From Halobacteriovoraceae bacterium (lineage in GTDB: Bacteria > Bdellovibrionota > Bacteriovoracia > Bacteriovoracales > Bacteriovoracaceae), in NCBI GenBank assembly GCA_963719505.1, contig CAVRCF010000001.1:1223754-1287753 (forward strand): a stretch of 64,000 nucleotides of DNA, in the 5' to 3' direction. The notes under the pieces were generated by a model that had not been told where the DNA came from, made no database searches, and saw nothing but the letters and a program-made list of their open reading frames with translations. A program made the translations under genes and the position numbers. Shown one piece after another: positions 50,427-58,800 of this stretch (its first letter is position 1; every line of letters begins with the position of its first letter).

Positions 50427-51289
50427 TCAATTTGTTGAACTTTCGTTTTATTTGATGGAACTGTCTCAATTGGGCTAAACTTGTGGCCATCTTTTTTTAG
50501 TTTAGACATGACACTTTCATTATCGTGCTCAAAAATCATTGAAAGATCGTTTTTCAAGATAAAGTTGTAAAACTCTTCTTTATATTTTGTAGTCACTGCC
50601 GGCTCTATATCGTATCCCATGACCCAAGGGACATGGACATGATGTTCCATGGGAACGAGATCAGCCATATAAATAAACTTGTCGTTATAAGGGTGAATCA
50701 TGTAAGGGGTGTGGCCAAAACTTGTCTTATATTTAAGTGAATCGTCACCATCCTCTAAAATCGTGCCATCAAGTTCAGTTAAAAGTTGAATTTGATTTTT
50801 CCCCTTGTAGTATTCGATAATAGGGAGAAAGTTTTTGACGTGAAAACTTCCAGCATCTCTTTGTGAAGAGTTTTGTGCGTACTCAAGATGCTTTTGGTGA
50901 AGGTGAATTTTGGCGTTAGGAAAAACTGGAGTCGTACCATCCTCTCCAGTACCAAGGCCTCCAACGTGATCAAAATGCAGATGGGTCAAAACAATATCAG
51001 TAATATCTTCAGCTTTTAAGTTTGCCTCTTTTAAGGCTTCAATTATCGGGCTTTGTGGAAGTATAAGGTCAAACTGTTCTTCAAATCTCTGACCATGGTA
51101 GTCACCAATTCCAGTGTCTATTAATATCTTTTTATTTTTTGTTTCAAACAATACGAGTCTTAAGCTCATAAGAATCCGATTTTTGTCATCAGGCGTAATT
51201 TTTCTCTCCCAAAGAGGTTTGGGAATGATGCCAAACATGGCACCTCCGTCTAGTTTGAATGTTCCTGGATGAATGACGCTTGTTTTCAT
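50423..51289 (-). CDS. MBL-fold metallo-hydrolase (YtnP-like)
   Basis: LDGGAMFGIIPKPLW, IDTG, THLHFDHVGG, GHT, ADL, FEH; start uncertain (51289 or 51304). Confidence 0.9.
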   Translation of the reverse strand: MKTSVIHPGTFKLDGGAMFGIIPKPLWERKITPDDKNRILMSLRLVLFETKNKKILIDTGIGDYHGQRFEEQFDLILPQSPIIEALKEANLKAEDITDIVLTHLHFDHVGGLGTGEDGTTPVFPNAKIHLHQKHLEYAQNSSQRDAGSFHVKNFLPIIEYYKGKNQIQLLTELDGTILEDGDDSLKYKTSFGHTPYMIHPYNDKFIYMADLVPMEHHVHVPWVMGYDIEPAVTTKYKEEFYNFILKNDLSMIFEHDNESVMSKLKKDGHKFSPIETVPSNKTKVQQID

Positions 51290-51499
51290 AAAATACCTAC
51301 TCATTACTATTGCTTGGACACGTACATTATATTGCTTTTGGTCAATTATATATAGTCCAAAAATTTGAAAACTTAACATTCCACGGTTGTAATACGAATA
51401 ATTAGCCCTATAATTAGGTCTGAATTTAACATTAGTTTAGACACATCGAATAAAAGTTTCGAGTACAAAATATATAGAGTTCATTCTTAAGGAGTTGTT

Positions 51500-52680
51500 A
51501 TGAACGTTCATGAATATCAAGCGAAAGACTTGATGAGAGAGTTCAACATTAAAGTTTTGAAAGGTGGTACTGCAAAGACTGCTGACGAGGCTGTTGAAGT
51601 TGCAAAAAATCTTGGCGGAAAGGTTTGGGTTGTTAAAGCTCAGATCCATGCTGGTGGTAGAGGAAAAGGCGGCGGAGTTAAAGTTGCTAAGTCCTTAGAT
51701 GAAGTTAAAAAATATCGCGGAAGAAATTATTGGAATGACTCTTGTTACTCATCAAACAGGACCTGAAGGGAAACTTGTTAATCTCGTTCTTAATTGAAGA
51801 AGGTTGCGCATATCGATCACGAATATTATGCTGGTATTGTTCTTGATCGAAACACTTCAAAATTACTATTATGGCAAGTCGTGAAGGTGGAGTGGATATT
51901 GAAGAAGTTGCTCATAGATAACTCCAGAGAAGATTATTAAAGTTGCAATTGATCCAGCGGTTGGATTCTCGCCGTATGTTGGAAGAAAATTGGCATATGG
52001 TATTGGACTTAAAGGTGATGCTCAAAAACAAGCGCATCAAGTTTTTTGAAGGTCTTATACAATATGTATGTCGATAAAGATTGTTCAATTGCAGAGATTA
52101 ATCCACTTGTAACGACTGAAAGCGGAGATGTTATTGCTCTTGATGCAAAACTAAATTTTGACGATAACGCTTTATATAGACATCCTGAGCATTGAAGAAC
52201 TTAGAGATTTAACAGAAGAGAGTCAGCACAGAGCTTGAAGCTGGCAAGTATGGACTTTCATATGTTGACTCTTGACGGAGATATTGGTTGTCTCGTTAAC
52301 GGAGCTGGTCTTGCGATGGGGACTCTTAGATATTTTAAAAACTTATGGTGGAGAGCCTGCAAACTTCCTTGATGTAGGGGGCGGAGCTACAAAAGAAACT
52401 GTTGAGAAAGCATTCTAATTATTCTGGCAAGATGAAAACGTTAAAGCAATTCTTAGTCAATATCTTTGGTGGAATTATGAAGTGTGACATTATTGCTGAA
52501 GGTGTTATTGCTGCAGCCAAGTCGCTAGACTTAAAAGTTCCTCTTGTTGTTAGACTTGAAGGGACAAACGTTAGTCTTGGTAAAAAATTATTAAATGAAT
52601 CAGGTCTTGCAATTACGCCAGCTGATGATTTAGCAGATGCTGCAAAAAAAGCAGTTGCAGCTGCGAAGGGAGGGAGTTAA
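51500..52680 (+). pseudogene. sucC: Succinyl-CoA ligase beta subunit, multiply frameshifted in this sequence (probably an assembly artefact)
   Basis: [57 protein letters not shown] and VVRLEGTN are all present across changing frames. Confidence 0.9.
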
Positions 52681-52682
52681 TA

Positions 52683-53560
52683 ATGGCCATTTTAGTCGGT
52701 AGAGATACAAAACTTATGACTGTCGGAGTAACAGGGAAACAAGGTACTTTCCACACTCTTCAGTGTCAGAGATTACGGAACAAATGTTGTTGGAGGAGTA
52801 ACTCCAGGTAAAGGTGGAATGACTCACGAAGGAATTCCTGTTTTTAATACAATTGATGAATGTGTCGAAAAGCAACTGGAGCAAATGCTGCGATGATTTT
52901 TGTTCCACCTCCATTTGCAGCAGATTCAATTCTTGAAGTATCGATGCTGAAGATTCCTCTTATTATTGGAATTACAGAAGGTATTCCAATCAATGATATG
53001 GTAAAAGTTAAAGTCTGCACTTCGTGGATCAAAGTCAAGTCTAATTGGTCCTAACTGTCCAGGAATTATCACTCCAGGTGAAGTGTAAGATCGGAATCAT
53101 GCCAGGTCATATTCATATGCCAGGAAGAGTGGGAGTTATCTCTCGTTCAGGTACTCTTACATATGAAGCTGTTTATCAATTAACTCAAAGAGAAATTGGT
53201 CAATCAACTTGTGTTGGTATTGGTGGAGATCCAGTTAATGGAACAAACTTTATTGATTGTCTTGAACTTTTTGAAAATGATCCAGATACAGATGCGGTTA
53301 TTATGATCGGAGAGATTGGTGGTACAGCTGAAACAGATGCAGCTCACTGGATTAAAGACAATATGTCTAAACCAGTTGTTTCTTTTATTGCAGGTGCAGC
53401 GGCTCCTAAGGGAAAGAGAATGGGACATGCTGGAGCCATTATTTCAGGTGAAGATGATACGGCTGATGCAAAGTTTAAAGTTCTAGAAGAATGTGGTGTT
53501 ACTATCGCAAGAAACCCTTCTGAACTAGGTGAAAAAATGGAAGCAGCTCTTAAGGGCTGA
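52683..53560 (+). pseudogene. sucD: Succinyl-CoA ligase alpha subunit, multiply frameshifted (probably an assembly artefact)
   Basis: [47 protein letters not shown] and RMGHAGA across frames. Confidence 0.9.
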
Positions 53561-53586
53561 TATAACAATATAAAATAAAAAGACCT

Positions 53587-53611
53587 AAGCCCTCTAAATG
53601 AGGGCTTTTTT
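53587..53611 (+). terminator. Intrinsic terminator after sucD
   Basis: AAGCCCTC-TAAAT-GAGGGCTTTTTT. Confidence 0.85.
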
Positions 53612-53703
53612 ATTTCCTTCGTTTAAATCAATCAATAAGTTCAAAAATTTGAAATTTTTCATTTTTAAAAAGTCACTAATATAAAACCTTCATAGGAGTT
53701 TAG

Positions 53704-54510
53704 ATGTTGAGGCTTGATAAAAATAAATTTTCAAATGAATTCATTCTTTCTATTTGGTTTCTCATGGCTTTCCAGGCAGGGTATGTGAACGTCGGGGGAT
53801 TTTTAACTTCTGGTAACTTTGTTTCTCATGTAACGGGAACAAGCTCTCAGATCGGTATGAAAGTCGCGGCCTTCGATCCATGGCTTGTGCTCACATTCGT
53901 CATTTGTTTGTTTTCTTTTATTGTAGGGGCTGCATTTTCAGGTCATCATATTGCAAGACAGATAGAAGAAGGAAAAGAGCCTCGCTATAAGTTTGTCCTT
54001 CTTATAAAATGTATTTTCTTTGCTCTCGTTGTTATTGTCTCTTCAATTCAGTGGTCTAATGATACTGACCCTATAAATCACCCTATTAATCTTCTTACTA
54101 TTTTCTTTTTATCTTTTTGTTGTGGAGTTCAGAATTCGACTTGTGCCTTGGCAACAGATGGTTTCTTGAAACCCACGCATATGACGGGGCTTTCAACTGA
54201 CCTTGGGATTTTTTTGACTAAAGTAAAAGGGTATAGGAATGATCCTCGCTATAAAGAGGATGTGAGAAAGAATAGAATTCGAATGGCACTTTTGTTCTCT
54301 TTTATCTGTGGTGGGATTGTCTCTTCGGTGATCTTTAACCGCTTTGAACATCTGGGATTTTTATTCCCTTTTTTCTCATCTTTATCTTTCTTAATTATTG
54401 GATGGACGGCAAGTATCCAAAAAGCTTCTAGACAAAGATTTGTTATGAGAACGGGAAAGGGATCTCTTTTTGCAACATTAGCACTAACCATTTTGACAGC
54501 AATACTTTAA
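53704..54510 (+). CDS. YoaK/DUF1275 family membrane protein
   Basis: AG.VN..GF....FVSHVTG, GVQN, THMTG..TDLG motifs. Confidence 0.9.
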   Translation: MLRLDKNKFSNEFILSIWFLMAFQAGYVNVGGFLTSGNFVSHVTGTSSQIGMKVAAFDPWLVLTFVICLFSFIVGAAFSGHHIARQIEEGKEPRYKFVLLIKCIFFALVVIVSSIQWSNDTDPINHPINLLTIFFLSFCCGVQNSTCALATDGFLKPTHMTGLSTDLGIFLTKVKGYRNDPRYKEDVRKNRIRMALLFSFICGGIVSSVIFNRFEHLGFLFPFFSSLSFLIIGWTASIQKASRQRFVMRTGKGSLFATLALTILTAIL

Positions 54511-54522
54511 CAAGGAGAGTTT

Positions 54523-54624
54523 ATGAATAAAAGAAGACTAGATTACTTAAAAGAAAAAGAAGTTTTAAAAGTTTTTATTACATGTTTGTTGTTGTTTATA
54601 AGCGCATCAATTAAATATAAATAA
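54523..54624 (+). CDS. Candidate 33-aa small membrane peptide
   Basis: AAGGAG RBS; MNKRRLDYLKEKEVLKVFITCLLLFISASIKYK. Confidence 0.45.
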   Translation: MNKRRLDYLKEKEVLKVFITCLLLFISASIKYK

Positions 54625-55765
54625 ACCTTTTAACGATAGTATCAAGAAGAAAATGTCCTCTTTTGAGGATGTTTTCTTCCCACTCTTTATCATGAGGATA
54701 AAATATTTCCTTGTAGTCCTCTCGAATTTTTTCTTTATCTTCTGGGGTTTTGTAGCCATTAAAGCGCCCTTGATTTTCCAGTATAAGTGCATTAATAGTT
54801 TTTACTTTTCCAAAAAGACCATTGCCAACAGTTCCAAACTCAGCCGTAATATTAATAATAATTTTTTCTTTTTGTGGGTTTATTAGACTGACTAGTTTTG
54901 AATAATCACCTTTAATTTCATAAAAGCCTGTCGCTCCAGGAGGTGTGTGTGAGTAGAACTCGCTCTCTTTGTTATTGAATATTTTATTGAAAACGAGTGT
55001 CGATTTCTCATTCATATTTTCTTTGCTAAGAATATGCAAGACTCCTTTATCTCCTAAGCCAGTATGGAGGTCAATATTAAAAATTTGAGAATATGGGGGC
55101 GTGATTCTTTTTAAAAGATTTGTTAGATAAAGGGTTTGCGGCTCAAATCGCCTCCCCCCAAAGTTTAAACCCTTGGGTGAAGTGTACTGTCCTTTGCCAA
55201 TCGCTTCAGTTAAAGATTGTTGAGTAACTCCCGGAGTGAAGATCATCTCTTTTATAAGGGGAATAAAAGGGAAGCTAAAGGATGTTGCCTTCTCTTTTAA
55301 TTCAAGATGGGACTTTAACTTTTGATAAGAGGTATTTTTTGTTTGAAAAAGAGAAGGATCTAGGTCGTAATTCCTGTTGAGATTTACATTGTTTTGGGTC
55401 CCCCGAACAATGTTTTGAAAACCCCAAGGGTTGTGGGCATGAATGAGTAAAACTCCAACCCTCGTAAAGTCGATAGAGGAAATGGTTTTGCTAAGAAATT
55501 GTAGTTGAAGAGCACTCCCAGCAAAGCCCTCAGGTCCATGAGTTCCTGAGGTTATAATGATGAGTTTTTCGGTCTTTTTAGCAGGAAGGTAGAAGGTGTC
55601 TAAGCTGAGACCTTTGGCTACGAGAAGTTTTCCTTTTTCTAGTTTCGGATTTAATTTTCTTAAGTTCGCTTCATAGGATAGAAATTCCTTTTTTGAAGAC
55701 TCGTAGTTTGGTTGAAAAAAGGCAAAGGCACAAAGGGGAATAAGGAATAACAGTATTTTTATCAT
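54611..55765 (-). CDS. Secreted M14-type zinc carboxypeptidase (DUF2817-like)
   Basis: SGTHGPEG (HxxE), NPWG, NLNRN, DLHTG, EFG; signal peptide. Confidence 0.85.
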   Translation of the reverse strand: MIKILLFLIPLCAFAFFQPNYESSKKEFLSYEANLRKLNPKLEKGKLLVAKGLSLDTFYLPAKKTEKLIIITSGTHGPEGFAGSALQLQFLSKTISSIDFTRVGVLLIHAHNPWGFQNIVRGTQNNVNLNRNYDLDPSLFQTKNTSYQKLKSHLELKEKATSFSFPFIPLIKEMIFTPGVTQQSLTEAIGKGQYTSPKGLNFGGRRFEPQTLYLTNLLKRITPPYSQIFNIDLHTGLGDKGVLHILSKENMNEKSTLVFNKIFNNKESEFYSHTPPGATGFYEIKGDYSKLVSLINPQKEKIIINITAEFGTVGNGLFGKVKTINALILENQGRFNGYKTPEDKEKIREDYKEIFYPHDKEWEENILKRGHFLLDTIVKRFIYI

Positions 55766-55803
55766 GAAAAAATGCTAACACATGAAGGGGCATTAATACT
55801 AAT

Positions 55804-56325
55804 TTAAAGACATGAAATCTGTCCCTTTCCACCTCTTGATTTTTTTACGACTTTTTCGTTTAGTTGATTCTTCTTATGCTTATTACAAAGATCTTTCATT
55901 TTTAAACCATCAAAGCCTGTCTGACTAAAATTATTGTCTCTTTTGGCAATGGCCTTCGGATTGAAGTCACCATTGACTCCTGAGGATTCACCCTCATGAT
56001 AAAAGCTTTCGTTATTACCACTTGGTCTATAGGTTTCAAAGCCACCGTGTTGAGAATCCCATTCATAAACCTTGCAGTCATTGCCCAGAAATCTCTCTCT
56101 CGTCTTTCCTCCGGCACCTCTTCTGGTGAGAGGGATCATTTTTAGTTTTTTCATGAAGGGCGTGCATTTTTTTGGAAATTGAACAACGCCGTGGTCATCC
56201 CTGATGATACCGTATTTATCCCACTGGCTAACTTCACCAGAGAGCTTATCAATTTGATTTTTACACTTTGGGTTTAAAGCGTATGCACTTGAGACAAAGA
56301 GAATAAAAAGTAAACTATAGTGCAC
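55804..56325 (-). CDS. Secreted colicin E3/cloacin-type cytotoxic rRNase domain protein
   Basis: GG..R.R.....KVYEWDSQHGGFETY...H.G aligns by eye with the ColE3 C-terminal RKRWTGDKGRKIYEWDSQHGELEGY..HLG. AAGGAGG RBS then GTG at 56325; signal peptide MHYSLLFILFVSSAYA. Confidence 0.85.
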   Translation of the reverse strand: MHYSLLFILFVSSAYALNPKCKNQIDKLSGEVSQWDKYGIIRDDHGVVQFPKKCTPFMKKLKMIPLTRRGAGGKTRERFLGNDCKVYEWDSQHGGFETYRPSGNNESFYHEGESSGVNGDFNPKAIAKRDNNFSQTGFDGLKMKDLCNKHKKNQLNEKVVKKSRGGKGQISCL

Positions 56326-57421
56326 AGCCAACCTCCTTAAGTCTCTTCTCAAAATATGATTTATTTCTAGAACCAGTTATCTTATTAATAGCATCAATCG
56401 TTTTGTCGGATAGCTTCTCTAGAAGTTTGAAAGGAACTTTTAGGCCTTTGCCTAAAATGGAGGCGATCTTTTTTAACTTCAAAAGTATTCTGGTTACGCC
56501 TAATGCGAGCTTAGCCCCACCAGCACCAACGGTCACAGCTGTAATGAGAACGTCGACACCAATGCTTCCCAAAAGATTGCAAAACATCTGAGCTTTTTCA
56601 TCTGCAGGAAGAGCCGCAACTCCCTCATAGGCTTGAACAAAAAAATCTCCAATTTCACCAAATTTTTGCTTCAAGACCTTCATTCCTTCAACGGGATTGA
56701 CGAGCATATTTCCAAGTGTTTTAGCAAAGCTCCAAAGTTGTTTTGCTCCATCGCTGACAAAGCTCCAATATTCTCCAAGTCTCTTCCCCGCATCACTTTT
56801 CAATTTTGTGTACTCTGATTTTAAACCATTCCAAAAGCCCTCAACGACGCCAACGGTAGATTCTTCGGCTCCACTGAGAAGTCCACTCATGCAATTTGAA
56901 AGTATAGAGCCACTCGCATTAGCTGCTACACCTGTATCGAGGTTTAAAGAGGGATAAATATCAGGGGCCAAGCATTCTGATTGGGCATGGGCCTGATCAA
57001 TGATACTAAATGTTGATGACACTTTTATTTTGGATAAATTATTTATAATGGCCGTTCTTTCTTTATGGGAAACATCCTCAAAATAAAAAGCAACTTCTTT
57101 TCCTAAAATGACCTGATGGTACACAAAGCCTCTTCCTACCTGATAAGACTTTCCTATTTCATAATTTCCACTGACTGCGTATTTGACTGCGATCTTTGCA
57201 TTCATAAATGGATCACTGATAAAAAGATTCAGCTTTAAAAGCTTGCTTCCGTTTCTGCCTATAAAGACTGGGATGAAATTTTCTTTTTTAAAAGCATTTA
57301 AGATAGATGTCTTAACCACTAGGGGCATAGGTTCGAGTTTAAGACTATCATAGCGCGATGACTCATTTGCAATAGCCGAAAAAGCGCAGGTGAATATTAT
57401 CCATAACAGTAGTCTCATCAC
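56315..57421 (-). CDS. Secreted protein with amphipathic helices and a Gly-rich hydrophobic segment (putative toxin delivery partner)
   Basis: Signal peptide; VEGFWNGLK..YWSFVSDGAKQLWSFAK amphipathic region; LLGSIGVDVLITAVTVGAGGAKLALGV hydrophobic segment; 11-nt overlap with the toxin gene. Confidence 0.7.
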   Translation of the reverse strand: MMRLLLWIIFTCAFSAIANESSRYDSLKLEPMPLVVKTSILNAFKKENFIPVFIGRNGSKLLKLNLFISDPFMNAKIAVKYAVSGNYEIGKSYQVGRGFVYHQVILGKEVAFYFEDVSHKERTAIINNLSKIKVSSTFSIIDQAHAQSECLAPDIYPSLNLDTGVAANASGSILSNCMSGLLSGAEESTVGVVEGFWNGLKSEYTKLKSDAGKRLGEYWSFVSDGAKQLWSFAKTLGNMLVNPVEGMKVLKQKFGEIGDFFVQAYEGVAALPADEKAQMFCNLLGSIGVDVLITAVTVGAGGAKLALGVTRILLKLKKIASILGKGLKVPFKLLEKLSDKTIDAINKITGSRNKSYFEKRLKEVGCAL

Positions 57422-57426
57422 TGTAT

Positions 57427-57453
57427 TTTTCGGTATTTAGAAAGTTTATCTTA
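57427..57453 (-). promoter_or_regulatory. Putative sigma28 (FliA) promoter of the toxin operon
   Basis: TAAG-N15-ACCGAAAA, 5 nt before GTGATG; no SD. Confidence 0.55.
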
Positions 57454-57574
57454 AGATAATTCTTAAATACTTAAGTGTTCTTGTCTCTAATAGAAGGGTA
57501 CAAAGACTTCTTGAAATTTCGGATGTTTACATGTAAATTTTGTCTCAATTAAACACGTCTAAGGAGAACTAAAG

Positions 57575-58003
57575 ATGGCAATCGAAAAAACATTTTCTAT
57601 CATTAAGCCAAATGCTACAGCTGACAATAATATCGGTAACATTATTGCAATTTTTGAGAAACAAGGTCTCAGAATCGCTGGTGCAAAATTTACTCAGCTT
57701 TCAAAAGAAAAAGCAGAAGGTTTCTATATTGAACACAAAGAAAGACCATTTTTTGGTGAACTAGTAGATTTCATGATCTCTGGGCCAGTTATGCTTATGT
57801 CTCTAGAAGGTGAAAATGCAGTTTCTAAAAACAGAGAAATAATGGGAGCTACCAATCCTGCAGAGGCAGCTGATGGAACAATCAGAAAGCTTTATGCGAA
57901 ATCAATCGGGGAAAATGCAGTTCACGGTTCAGACTCTGCTGAGAGTGCTGAAAGAGAATTAGCTTATTTCTTTGAGAAAAATGAATTAGTAGATAGATTC
58001 TAA
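57575..58003 (+). CDS. ndk: Nucleoside diphosphate kinase
   Basis: [33 protein letters not shown]. Confidence 0.97.
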   Translation: MAIEKTFSIIKPNATADNNIGNIIAIFEKQGLRIAGAKFTQLSKEKAEGFYIEHKERPFFGELVDFMISGPVMLMSLEGENAVSKNREIMGATNPAEAADGTIRKLYAKSIGENAVHGSDSAESAERELAYFFEKNELVDRF

Positions 58004-58030
58004 ATAAAAGTTTCAGTTCTATATAAAAAG

Positions 58031-58060
58031 AGAGCCCCTATGTATAAAAGGGGCTTTTTT
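58031..58060 (+). terminator. Intrinsic terminator after ndk
   Basis: AGCCCCT...AGGGGCTTTTTT. Confidence 0.8.
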
Positions 58061-58216
58061 ATTCCCACAAGTACTTCTTCGAATCTATCAATCCTAATAA
58101 AGTCTTATACTTAGCTTATCCTCTCAATAGTAATCATTGTAATCTTTTCAAGGCAGATTGTTGCTAATGTCATTCCGCGTTATAAATAATTATATAAACA
58201 ACCTAAAGGATTACTT

Positions 58217-58690
58217 ATGTTTGATATTGGAAATTATGTTGTGTGTCCAGGCCACGGTGTCGGTCAGATCACCAACATAGAGATAAAAGATTTATCTGGT
58301 GTAGAGAAGTCATTCTTTATCGTTAAAATTATTTCAAATGGTATGACAATAATGGTTCCTTCGGATAATAAAAATGGTCTGCGCGAGCTGATCACCGATA
58401 ATGATGTAACTGAAGTTTTTCAATTACTAAATGAGCACGATGTAAAAGTAGATAATTCTACTTGGAATAGAAGGCATAGAGAATATCTGGCCAAAGTTAA
58501 AACGGGCTCACTTTTAGAGATTGCAGATGTTTTAAGGTCACTGTTTTTACTTAAGACCTCTAAAAAACTCTCTTTTGGTGAAAGGAAGATGATGGATCAG
58601 TGTAAAGATTTAATCGTCAAAGAGATTGCTATTTCAACTGGTGGAGTAGAAAAAGAGATCGAGACAAAAATCGACTCGTGTTTTGGATAG
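58217..58690 (+). CDS. carD: CarD/CdnL family RNA polymerase-binding protein
   Basis: F.IG..VV.PGHGVG, IMVP, GLR, TWNRR.REY..K..TG, LSFGERKM. Confidence 0.93.
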   Translation: MFDIGNYVVCPGHGVGQITNIEIKDLSGVEKSFFIVKIISNGMTIMVPSDNKNGLRELITDNDVTEVFQLLNEHDVKVDNSTWNRRHREYLAKVKTGSLLEIADVLRSLFLLKTSKKLSFGERKMMDQCKDLIVKEIAISTGGVEKEIETKIDSCFG

Positions 58691-58714
58691 AAAGAAACAA
58701 TAAAGATCAAATAC

Positions 58715-58740
58715 AAAGCCGGCATTCAGTCGGCTTTTTT
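58715..58740 (+). terminator. Intrinsic terminator after carD
   Basis: AAAGCCGGC-ATTCA-GTCGGCTTTTTT. Confidence 0.8.
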
Positions 58741-58800
58741 ATTTTCAAAAAGCTTACATAGACCTATACTCATCCTAATTTATTAAACTTAGGAGTTTAT

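Noticed and set aside
51500-53560. Real pseudogenisation or programmed frameshifting of sucCD
   Set aside because: Indels fall mostly at synonymous wobble positions, motifs are undegraded and there are no slippery sites. An assembly artefact explains this better.
54611-55765. Gene downstream of the rRNase as its immunity protein
   Set aside because: It is a 384-aa secreted M14 peptidase with its own promoter-like element. rRNase immunity proteins are small and cytoplasmic.
55902-56957. Short overlapping ORFs within the toxin operon (55902-56117, 56403-56591, 56633-56818, 56697-56957) as hidden immunity genes
   Set aside because: All are nested in alternative or antisense frames, with no evident RBS and no resemblance to Im3-type proteins.
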